From NCBI GenBank assembly GCA_026416665.1, contig JAOAET010000044.1:2491-66490 (forward strand): a stretch of DNA of 64,000 nt. Reading direction: 5' to 3'. The notes beneath the pieces are model-generated. The model saw only the letters and a program-made list of their open reading frames with translations, was not told the origin of the DNA and did not search any database. Source of the DNA: Candidatus Omnitrophota bacterium. Its GTDB lineage: Bacteria > Omnitrophota > Gorgyraeia > Gygaellales > Profunditerraquicolaceae. Below, piece after piece: positions 38,718 through 47,476 of this stretch. Every line of letters begins with the position of its first letter. Positions within the stretch are counted from its first letter, which is position 1. Position numbers and translations under genes: made by a program.

Positions 38718-39944
38718 TTATAAAAAACGTGCCTTTACTGATTCAAGATGTTCAGTTAATCCTTCAATACTTGCTATTTTTTCTAATGGAAGACGAACTT
38801 TTTCTAATGCTTTTTTACTATAACCAATTATATGAATACTTTTAATAAAGTCATATACCGATAAACCAGAGAAGAATCGTGCAGTGCCTGCAGTAGGTAA
38901 AACATGGCTGGGACCTGCAACATAATCTCCCACGGCTGTTGGGCTGTAAGGACCCAAAAATACTGCACCTGCATTGTGTACAAACTTAAGCATACGCTGA
39001 GGATTTTTTACAAAAATCTCAAGGTGCTCTGGTGCAATAGTATTGGCAATTTCCATTGCCTGTCTGATGTTTTTGGTTAAGATAATTGCCCCATTTATAT
39101 TTAACTGTGCCTTTACTGTCTTTGCTAATGCCTTAGAATTAGTAATCAATACTGCCAAACCTCCCGCATGTTCTGCTTGCGCCTTAAGGTCAGCAATTAT
39201 AAACTTGGGGTCACTGAAGCGATTAGCTACAATCACAAGCTCTGTAGGTCCAGCAACCATATCAATATCTACATAACCAAAAACTTGTCTTTTTGCCTCG
39301 CTTACATATATATTACCTGGTCCAACTATTTTATCAACTTTAGGTATGGTCTTAGTCCCAAAGGCAAGGGCTGCTATTGCCTGTGCACCTCCTATACGAT
39401 ATACTCCATCAACTTTCAGCAAATCAGCAACCACCAATATATGAGGATTAATATTACCGTTTTTGTCTGGAGGACTAACTAATACTATTTTTTTTACTCC
39501 TGCAATTTTTGCTGGAAGAACAGTCATATATACTGTGGATACCAGAGGAGCTGTTCCAGCAGGCACATAAACACCTAAGCGTTCTAAGGGCTCATATTTC
39601 TCTCCTAAAATAAGTCCATCTGTATCCTTTATCCTCCAGGATTTCTTTAATTGTTTACGATAAAAACGATTAATATTTTCTATAATCACTTTAAGCTGCG
39701 TAACAAAATCACCAGAGATACTCTGGTAAGCACCACTAATCTCGCGTTCACTTATACGCAGTTGTTTAGCAGTAAGTTTGACTTTGTCAAACTTACGCAT
39801 ATAACGAAGAAGTGCCTCATCACCAAAGATACGCACATCTTCAATTATTCGCTTTACTTTTTCTTCAACACGGTGAGATTTTATAAATCCACGATTATAG
39901 ATTTTCTCCAGTTGCTTTGTGGCATTATAACGAATTATCTTCAT
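38718..39944 (-). CDS. hisD: Histidinol dehydrogenase
   Basis: GGAQAIAALAFGT, KIVGPGN, AQAEH, APEHL, GDYVAGPSHVLPT. Confidence 0.96.
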   Translation of the reverse strand: MKIIRYNATKQLEKIYNRGFIKSHRVEEKVKRIIEDVRIFGDEALLRYMRKFDKVKLTAKQLRISEREISGAYQSISGDFVTQLKVIIENINRFYRKQLKKSWRIKDTDGLILGEKYEPLERLGVYVPAGTAPLVSTVYMTVLPAKIAGVKKIVLVSPPDKNGNINPHILVVADLLKVDGVYRIGGAQAIAALAFGTKTIPKVDKIVGPGNIYVSEAKRQVFGYVDIDMVAGPTELVIVANRFSDPKFIIADLKAQAEHAGGLAVLITNSKALAKTVKAQLNINGAIILTKNIRQAMEIANTIAPEHLEIFVKNPQRMLKFVHNAGAVFLGPYSPTAVGDYVAGPSHVLPTAGTARFFSGLSVYDFIKSIHIIGYSKKALEKVRLPLEKIASIEGLTEHLESVKARFL

Positions 39945-42553
39945 AGACTTTTTAATAATAGATCTTTTATTGAAGATAACGCCTGAGATAACTGTTCAGT
40001 TCGTGGGCCTCCTGCCTGTGCAAAATCTTTTCTGCCTCCACCAGAACCACCAATATAAGAAGCAATATCTTTTATTAGTTTTGAGGCATCCACCTGACCA
40101 GAGTTTGTAGCTATTACAATATTCGCCCGTCCATCTTTAGCTGAACCAACTGCAATTAAAATATTAGTTACTTTTTGCTTCAATAAATCCGCCACTTTCC
40201 GTAAGACCTCAAGGTCTGCCTCTGGCAAAGAAGTAGTAATGATATTTATTCCCTTTACCTGCTCTATTTTTTCTAAAAGTTTATCTAATGAAGATTCTAA
40301 CAGACGATCTTGGAGGGTAACCAATTTTTTTTCTAATTCTCTTATTTGCTTAACCCGCTTCTCAAGTTCTGTTATTAGTTTATCGTTACTTGTCTTTAAG
40401 ATTTCAGAAATCTGCCGAAGTAATTGCTCCTGCTGTTTTATTTTATTAAAAGCAATTTCTCCTGTGACTGCCTCAATACGACGAACACCGCTGGCAATAG
40501 AACTTTCACTGGTAATCTTAAACAACCCAATTTCTCCTGTAGCATCAAGGTGGGTGCCTCCACAAAGCTCTTTGGAAATATTCTCAATAGTTACTACACG
40601 CACAATTCCTTCATACTTCTCAGCAAAAAAAGCTAAGGCACCTTTTTTCCGTGCTTCTTCCAAATCCATCTGCTCTTTTTGAACTGGGGCATTCTCTCTA
40701 ATAAAACTATTTACCAATTCTTCTACTCGGTCAAGCTCGTCTTGAGTAAGACCTTTAAAATGGGTAAAATCAAAACGCAACCGTTCATCTGAAACAAAAG
40801 AGCCTTGCTGCTGTATATGATTACCCAAGACCTTGCGTAAGGCTGCCTGAAGTAAATGGGTAGCAGTGTGGTTACGCATAATTGCCTTACGCCGTGGGAT
40901 ATCAATTTTTGCTTCCACGGTATCTTTAACTTTTAACTTACCTGACCTTACCACTGCCTGATGTAAATGAAGTTTATTTAGTTTCTTAGTGTCTTTAACA
41001 ATAATTTTGGCAATAGATGACTGTAAACTTCCTGTGTCACCTACTTGTCCACCTGCTTCTGCGTAAAAAGGAGTTCTATCTAAAATGATAGTTACTTCTT
41101 CTCCTTCGCTTGCCTGTTCTATTTCCTTATTATTAAATAATATTTTAAGCACCTGGGCATTAGTAACGTAAGAATCGTAACCCACGAATACAGTTTCTGC
41201 TACATCTTTCAATTCCAATTCTTTTGTACTGAAGACATCTCCCTGCATGAAACTGGTGATCTTAGAACGCTCTTTTTGCCGTTGCAAAGCACGGTCAAAG
41301 GCCTCTTGTGAAAAAGTATAGCCATACTTATTAAGCCAATCTTGGGTAACTGCTAAGGGAATACCATATGTATCATAAAGTTGAAAAGCTATCTCGCCAA
41401 CAGTCTGCGCGTCTTGTTTGTTCTGTATTTTGCTATACCGTTCTTTTAATAATTCTTCGCTATTATCTAAGGTTGTATTAAAATTCTTTTCTTCCGCTAA
41501 AATTATCTGAGCAATTGTTTCTCTTTCTTTGTTTAGTTCTGGATAAGGATTACGCATCAGTTCTGATACAATGGGCACTAATCTATAAAGAAAAGGTTCC
41601 TTAATACCTATTTGTCGAAGATGTAAACAACTTTTACGAATAAGTTTGCGCACAACATAACCACGAGCTTCGTTTGAAGGAAGCACACCATCAAAAATAG
41701 CAAACACCACTGCACGCACATGGTCACTTATGGCATAGATAAAAGGGGTTAGACTTTCGTCTTTTTGTTCTGCAAAAGAGCGTATTTCTTTAACCAGTGG
41801 AATAAACAGGTCTGTCTGAAAATTACTGCGCACTTCTTGCATTACTGCGCTAATGCGTTCAAGACCCATACCTGTATCAATATTTTTTTGCGGAAGAGGC
41901 TCTAAAATACCAGAGTCTTTTCGATTAAACTGGGTAAAGACAAGGTTCCAAACCTCAACAAATCTACCACAGCCGCAGGCAGGACTACAATCTTTCTTAC
42001 CACAACCCGAAGTTTCACCTAAATCAAAAAATATTTCTGAACAAGGACCGCAAGGCCCATTAGGACCTTTTTCCTTGGCATCTGCCGGCCAAAAATTGTC
42101 ATGTTCACCTAATTTAACAATCTTATAAGAAGGCAGATCAATATCTTTATTCCAAATTTCATAAGCCTGCTTATCTTCCAAATAAACTGAAACCCACAAT
42201 TTCTCTTCAGGTATAGACAATTCCTTGGTTAAAAATTCCCAAGCCCAGGTAATTGCCTCTTTTTTAAAATAATCACCAAAAGAAAAATTCCCTAACATCT
42301 CAAAGAAGGTATGGTGGCAGTCAGTCTTTCCTACCTTTTCTAAATCATCAGTCCGCAGACACCTCTGACAAGAGGTTGCGCGAGTAAAATCAGTGATAAA
42401 ACCCAGGAATTGCTTCTTAAACTGGTTCATCCCTGCAGGAGTAAATAATACTGTAGGGTCATCTTTAGGAACCAATGAATCACTAGGAACAACCCGATGT
42501 CCTTTTTGCTGAAAAAATTCCAAAAATCTTTTTCTAATCTGATCAGCTTTCAT
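39941..42553 (-). CDS. alaS: Alanine--tRNA ligase
   Basis: AGMNQFK, HHTFFEMLGNFSFGDYFK, editing motifs HTATH and ELCGGTH, C-Ala GGGG. Confidence 0.98.
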   Translation of the reverse strand: MKADQIRKRFLEFFQQKGHRVVPSDSLVPKDDPTVLFTPAGMNQFKKQFLGFITDFTRATSCQRCLRTDDLEKVGKTDCHHTFFEMLGNFSFGDYFKKEAITWAWEFLTKELSIPEEKLWVSVYLEDKQAYEIWNKDIDLPSYKIVKLGEHDNFWPADAKEKGPNGPCGPCSEIFFDLGETSGCGKKDCSPACGCGRFVEVWNLVFTQFNRKDSGILEPLPQKNIDTGMGLERISAVMQEVRSNFQTDLFIPLVKEIRSFAEQKDESLTPFIYAISDHVRAVVFAIFDGVLPSNEARGYVVRKLIRKSCLHLRQIGIKEPFLYRLVPIVSELMRNPYPELNKERETIAQIILAEEKNFNTTLDNSEELLKERYSKIQNKQDAQTVGEIAFQLYDTYGIPLAVTQDWLNKYGYTFSQEAFDRALQRQKERSKITSFMQGDVFSTKELELKDVAETVFVGYDSYVTNAQVLKILFNNKEIEQASEGEEVTIILDRTPFYAEAGGQVGDTGSLQSSIAKIIVKDTKKLNKLHLHQAVVRSGKLKVKDTVEAKIDIPRRKAIMRNHTATHLLQAALRKVLGNHIQQQGSFVSDERLRFDFTHFKGLTQDELDRVEELVNSFIRENAPVQKEQMDLEEARKKGALAFFAEKYEGIVRVVTIENISKELCGGTHLDATGEIGLFKITSESSIASGVRRIEAVTGEIAFNKIKQQEQLLRQISEILKTSNDKLITELEKRVKQIRELEKKLVTLQDRLLESSLDKLLEKIEQVKGINIITTSLPEADLEVLRKVADLLKQKVTNILIAVGSAKDGRANIVIATNSGQVDASKLIKDIASYIGGSGGGRKDFAQAGGPRTEQLSQALSSIKDLLLKSL

Positions 42554-43049
42554 ATATCTTCTGTTCTTTAAAAATACGCTCTAGACAGTCGATTACTTCT
42601 TCCTGAAGGAAACCTCTACGCATAAGGAAATTAAACAGTCTTCTTCTCATAGTTTTCTCATCTAATCCTCTCATACGACTTAACCGCTGTCTTGCTAATG
42701 TCTCAAGAACCTCCAAATTATTTGAAGGTTTTACTACCTTTTTCAAAACCTCTTCAATCAAATTATTCTCAATACCTTTTTGTTGCAGTTCTCTTCTTAT
42801 CCGGTGATATCCTACACCCTGCTTGAGCCGCCAATTAATCCAATTTTCTGCAAACAAGCGGTCATCTAAAAAATTTTTTTCCCTTAAGAAAGCAATGGTT
42901 TGGGCAATAACTTCAGGAGAAAACTTTTTTCTCTCAAGACGGCGTTTAATCTCGGCACAACTACGTTGCCGATATTTAAGCAATAAAAATGCATACTGTT
43001 TTGCCTGGTCAATACCAAGAAGATTATTTCTCACTCTTTTCTTTAACAA
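42543..43049 (-). CDS. recX: Regulatory protein RecX (start uncertain)
   Basis: LL.YR.RS..EI..RL, LDD..FA, I..EL..KGI, L.RRGF; near recA and directly upstream of alaS. Confidence 0.88.
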   Translation of the reverse strand: MLKKRVRNNLLGIDQAKQYAFLLLKYRQRSCAEIKRRLERKKFSPEVIAQTIAFLREKNFLDDRLFAENWINWRLKQGVGYHRIRRELQQKGIENNLIEEVLKKVVKPSNNLEVLETLARQRLSRMRGLDEKTMRRRLFNFLMRRGFLQEEVIDCLERIFKEQKIYES

Positions 43050-44535
43050 TCACAAAACCCCTGGCAGTAGCTACTAAACAATCACCCTTAAGGAAGCGGG
43101 TAATACGGTTAAAATCATTTACCGAACTTATGCGCTGGTGATTAATCTCTAAAATTATATCTCCAGGCATAATTCCTGCATCTGCAGCAGGGCTATCTTC
43201 TTTTACTTTAACTACCACTACACCCTCTGTCTGACTCATTCCGAACTGCTTTGCTCTCGACGAACTAACTTCTGCTACTTCCATACCACGCCAAGTCCCT
43301 GATTGTTCTTTATCTTCGGGTAACTGCTCTTCTGTTATCTGTTGGCTGGCTACTTGCTCAGGACGAGAGCCAAGAACTACCTCTAAAGGAATTTCTTTTT
43401 TATCTCGTAAAACCAATATTCTTACCTTTTTACCCACATCGCTGTTATTCATAAAACTAAGAAGTTCTTTTACAGAATTAACTTTTTTGTTGTCAAATTC
43501 AATCAAGATATCACCTTTTTTCATCCCTGCCTTTTGTGCAGGACCACCAGCTAAAACTCCTGCTATTAAAACCCCTTTTTTTTCAGATAAACCAAAATAT
43601 GTAGCTAAATCCTCGGTCATGTCTTGAACCGTTACTCCCAACCAGCCATACTCTACTTTCTTTCCTTCAATAAGACGGGAAAGAATCCTGCGAGCACTAT
43701 TAATTGGGACAGCAAAACCTATTCCTTGATAGCCACCACTTGTACTATATATGGCCACGTTAATTCCAATGACCTCACCTTTAAGGTTTACCAAAGGCCC
43801 TCCTGAATTGCCCGGATTAATAGCAGCGTCAGTTTGGATTAAATCATTGTAATCTCGTTCACGGGCCAAAGTTCTACCTAAACTACGATGCAAAGCACTA
43901 ATAACTCCTATTGTAACAGTAGGCTCAGGATTTTGCATAGCTAATCCAAAAGGATTACCAATTGCCACTACCCACTGACCAATTTTAAGCTTATCTGAAT
44001 CACCCAAAACTGCCACAGGTAAATTTCGCGCATTAATCTTAATTACTGCCAAGTCTGAGCGCACGTCCTGACCTTTTAGTTCTGCCTTAAACTCACGGCC
44101 ATCGGGAAGAATAACTTTAATCTTTTCGGCACCTTCTACTACGTGTTGATTGGTCAGAATATAACCTTGAGGGTCAATGATTACCCCTGAACCAACACCT
44201 ATTCTGCGGTATTCGCGCTGAGGAATCTCACCAAAAAAATCTTCAAAAAACCGACGAAACGGGTCATCGCTTCCAAAAGGTGAATCCTCTGGAAACCCAA
44301 AGTAAAATCTTCTGACTCCCCCTACTCTCTGAACTTGCTCTACTGTAATTGCTACCACTGCTTTACCAGTAGTTTCAGCTACACGAATAACTGCATCTTC
44401 CATGGGATAACCTTCAAAAGTCTCCGACCTAGATAATTGCTGTGCCGTTAATTTATCTGAAAACAAAGCTATCCCAAATAAATAACCAACGTTTAGAATA
44501 ACAAGAATAAAGAGTAATTGCTTACTTTTATACAT
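43024..44535 (-). CDS. htrA: DegP/HtrA (Do-family) serine protease with two PDZ domains
   Basis: GSGVII, TNQHVV, SDLAV, IQTDAAINPGNSGGPL. Confidence 0.95.
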   Translation of the reverse strand: MYKSKQLLFILVILNVGYLFGIALFSDKLTAQQLSRSETFEGYPMEDAVIRVAETTGKAVVAITVEQVQRVGGVRRFYFGFPEDSPFGSDDPFRRFFEDFFGEIPQREYRRIGVGSGVIIDPQGYILTNQHVVEGAEKIKVILPDGREFKAELKGQDVRSDLAVIKINARNLPVAVLGDSDKLKIGQWVVAIGNPFGLAMQNPEPTVTIGVISALHRSLGRTLARERDYNDLIQTDAAINPGNSGGPLVNLKGEVIGINVAIYSTSGGYQGIGFAVPINSARRILSRLIEGKKVEYGWLGVTVQDMTEDLATYFGLSEKKGVLIAGVLAGGPAQKAGMKKGDILIEFDNKKVNSVKELLSFMNNSDVGKKVRILVLRDKKEIPLEVVLGSRPEQVASQQITEEQLPEDKEQSGTWRGMEVAEVSSSRAKQFGMSQTEGVVVVKVKEDSPAADAGIMPGDIILEINHQRISSVNDFNRITRFLKGDCLVATARGFVIVKEKSEK

Positions 44536-44574
44536 AGTAACCCTCCTTTAGTTATAGCCCTTTTGATTTTATCT

Positions 44575-45636
44575 TTAAGAAACCATGGAGAGTTTTTTTC
44601 TTACTTCTTTCTCAATTGCCTCTGCAAGTTTAGTATTTTCTCTGATTGCTTTTATTGCCGCATCCCTCCCTTGGGCAATCTTATTGTCACCAAAAGAAAG
44701 CCAAGTTCCTGATTTTTGAATTACCCCTATATTTAGACCAGCATCTATTATACTTGCTGCCTTATCAATACCTGCCTCATGCAAGATATCAAACTCTGCT
44801 TCTTTGAAAGGAGGGGCAACCTTGTTTTTTACTACGCGCACCCGTACATGACCACCGATTACTTGCTCTCCTTCTTTTATGGAATTAACCCTACGCACAT
44901 CTAAACGCACAGAGGCATAAAATTTTAATGCCCTTCCTCCAGGCGTCGTTTCCGGATTACCGAACATCACCCCTATTTTTTCTCTCAACTGATTAATGAA
45001 AATAACGCACGAACGGGATTTACTAATAGCAGCGGTCAATTTTCGTAAGGCCTGAGACATAAGACGCGCCTGTAAGCCTACATGTGAATCACCCATCTCA
45101 CCCTCAATCTCAGCACGTGGTGTTAAGGCTGCCACTGAATCAATAACAATAATATCTACGGCATTAGACCGCACCAACGTCTCAGCTATCTCTAAAGCCT
45201 GCTCTCCTGTATCAGGCTGGGAAATCAGTAAATCTTCTAAGTTTACCCCGATTTTAGAAGCATAAGTAGAATCAAAGGCATGTTCTGCATCAATAAAAGC
45301 AGCCACCCCGCCTTGTTTTTGTGTCTCCCGAATTGCAGTTAAAGAAAGGGTAGTCTTACCTGAGGCCTCTGGACCAAATATTTCAATTACTCTTCCTCTA
45401 GGCAATCCACCTACCCCTAAGGCACAATCTAAAGTAAGTGCGCCTGTGGGAATAACATCTACTTCGGTTTTTATCTTTGAACCCAATTTCATAATTGAAC
45501 CCTTACCAAATTGTTTCTCAATATGACTAAGGGCTAACTCCAAGGCCTTAAGCCTTTCAGTAGAATCTTTTCTTAGGGAATTAGAGACTGAGTCATTCTG
45601 AGCTTCTTTTTGAGTTGTTTTTTCGTGCTTAACCAT
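44575..45636 (-). CDS. recA: Recombinase RecA
   Basis: [36 protein letters not shown]; no intein. Confidence 0.99.
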   Translation of the reverse strand: MVKHEKTTQKEAQNDSVSNSLRKDSTERLKALELALSHIEKQFGKGSIMKLGSKIKTEVDVIPTGALTLDCALGVGGLPRGRVIEIFGPEASGKTTLSLTAIRETQKQGGVAAFIDAEHAFDSTYASKIGVNLEDLLISQPDTGEQALEIAETLVRSNAVDIIVIDSVAALTPRAEIEGEMGDSHVGLQARLMSQALRKLTAAISKSRSCVIFINQLREKIGVMFGNPETTPGGRALKFYASVRLDVRRVNSIKEGEQVIGGHVRVRVVKNKVAPPFKEAEFDILHEAGIDKAASIIDAGLNIGVIQKSGTWLSFGDNKIAQGRDAAIKAIRENTKLAEAIEKEVRKKLSMVS

Positions 45637-45699
45637 AATGCCTCCCGCTAGTTTTATTCCGCTTTAAAACGGCTGTTTAAGTATTTTGTTAGACCACTT

Positions 45700-45729
45700 A
45701 TTATATCCCAGATATAGGAAAACTGTCAA
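45700..45729 (-). promoter_or_regulatory. recA promoter with an overlapping palindrome
   Basis: TTGACA-N18-TATAAT; TATATC-N3-GATATA at 45702-45716. Confidence 0.7.
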
Positions 45730-46141
45730 CAAAAATGCCCTCCTTTCTTTTAAGGTTTTTGTGTTTCTGTATTTTCTAAAAATCTGCTATTTTAAAAAGA
45801 CGTATAGTTTCTTATTCTCTCACTAAGTTTTACTGTATTGTCTGGGCTGATAAGCCAATGGAAGTCTATAGAGGTTAGTATAAGATTACTTCTTTATCCT
45901 GTGGTAAATGAATTTAGTTTAAAACCAAAGTTGTATTTATTTAAAGCAAAGAATATATCTTAAAAAAGCCTGTTCTTTTAATCTTTCTTTTAATCTGTCT
46001 CAAATAGAGCTTGGGATAGCTGGTAGTTTTTCTTATCACTTAATCTATAGCCACAAAGCTTATAATCTGAGAATTACTGCTGTTCTTCTGTTATCTTTTT
46101 GCTTTACATATTTTTATATGTTGTTTATCAACGGGGTAGAA

Positions 46142-46170
46142 TTGACACTATCTAGTTTTTATGTTACATT
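46142..46170 (+). promoter_or_regulatory. Promoter of the diguanylate cyclase (probably leaderless)
   Basis: TTGACA-N17-(TGn)TACATT, 7 nt before ATG 46178. Confidence 0.6.
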
Positions 46171-46177
46171 TTTAGGT

Positions 46178-47362
46178 ATGGACGAATTGACCAAGATAAA
46201 ACAAGAACTTGAACGCACCCGCTCTGAATTAACCATTCTCTATGAAATTTCTAATGCCATGCGTACAACACTCAAGTTAGATGAGATTCTTTATATTATA
46301 CTTACGGGTGTAACTGCGCATATTGGATTAGGTTTTAACCGAGCAGTTCTATTTTTAGTTAATGAAAAAGAAAACCTTATTGAGGGTAAAATGGCAATTG
46401 GGCCAGAATCGGCTGAAGAGGCAGGGCGCATTTGGCGTTATATTGAGCAGGAAAAATTAGATATGGAAGATATGATTAATGCCTATAAGGTCTCAGGTAA
46501 GGTCAAAGAAAGTGCCTTTAACCGTCAGGTTCAACAAATAAAAATCCCACTTTCTGAGACGAAAGAAAATCTACTTGCCCTTTGCGCCTTAGAAGGAATG
46601 CCTTTACATCTTACTAAAGAGACAATTCAAAATTATGCTCAAGATAAAATCATTCAGTTTCTTCGTTCAGAGGAATTAGTGATAGTTCCGCTTAAGGCAA
46701 AAGACAAGGTCAACGGTATAATTCTGGCAGATAACTTTGTTACCAAAAAACCAATTACTAAAGACGATGTGCGAATGCTTATAATGTTGGCAAACCAAGC
46801 TGGCCTTGCTATAGAAAACTCTCAGCTTTATGAAAAAACACTCATTACTGCTCATCAAGATTCACTAACTTCCCTATGGAATCACGGCTATTTCCAGTAT
46901 CTTTTGAATATGGAGTTAGAACGTTCGCGTGCAACCTTTTCACCATTATCCCTTATCTTACTTGACTTAGATGATTTTAAGGCATACAATGACGCGCTCG
47001 GACATCAAGCAGGAGATATGCTCTTACGTGAGATAGCTCTGCTACTTAAGAATCATTCTAGAAAAATGGACCACGTCTGTCGTTACGGTGGAGAAGAATT
47101 TGCAATTATCCTTCCTTCTACTGATAAACGCGAAGCAGCTCTTATTGCTGAACGGCTAAGAGAAAATATAGAAAAACATCACTTTAACAAGGAACAAATC
47201 CTACCTAACAAAATACTTACCGCCAGCTTAGGGATCGCTTCATTCCCTGATGATAGCTCTACTACTTCTGAACTCATTAGTCACGCGGATGCTGCCCTTT
47301 ATCAAGCAAAACACAAAGGAAAAAATGTGGTGGTTACCTACCATAACAGCGAAATTCACTGA
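46178..47362 (+). CDS. GAF-sensor diguanylate cyclase (start revised from 46118 to 46178)
   Basis: GAF domain ending LANQAGLAIENSQLY; DSLTSLWN, DLDDFK.YND..GH..GD, I-site RKMD, intact GGEEF. Confidence 0.93.
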   Translation: MDELTKIKQELERTRSELTILYEISNAMRTTLKLDEILYIILTGVTAHIGLGFNRAVLFLVNEKENLIEGKMAIGPESAEEAGRIWRYIEQEKLDMEDMINAYKVSGKVKESAFNRQVQQIKIPLSETKENLLALCALEGMPLHLTKETIQNYAQDKIIQFLRSEELVIVPLKAKDKVNGIILADNFVTKKPITKDDVRMLIMLANQAGLAIENSQLYEKTLITAHQDSLTSLWNHGYFQYLLNMELERSRATFSPLSLILLDLDDFKAYNDALGHQAGDMLLREIALLLKNHSRKMDHVCRYGGEEFAIILPSTDKREAALIAERLRENIEKHHFNKEQILPNKILTASLGIASFPDDSSTTSELISHADAALYQAKHKGKNVVVTYHNSEIH

Positions 47363-47419
47363 AATAGACTTTATAAATAATTTTTCTTAACGAAGTCTTT
47401 TTACTTGTTAGAGAATAAG

Positions 47420-47443
47420 ACAGGGCGAGAAGACTCGCCCTGT
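47420..47443. terminator. Hairpin between the convergent cyclase and smc genes
   Basis: ACAGGGCGAG-AAGA-CTCGCCCTGT, a perfect 10-bp stem. Confidence 0.7.
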
Positions 47444-47476
47444 TTCCTCCGGACAACTACTTCTAAAGGATTAGTT

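Noticed and set aside
45664-45745. 22-aa TTG-start ORF with a strong AAGGAGG upstream of recA
   Set aside because: It overlaps the recA promoter and has no recognisable homology, so it cannot be distinguished from chance.
45730-46140. ~400-bp AT-rich gap between recA and the cyclase, possibly a thpR/cinA relic or an sRNA
   Set aside because: Only a five-residue FVAID resemblance was found, with no HxT motifs, sustained frame or stable structure.
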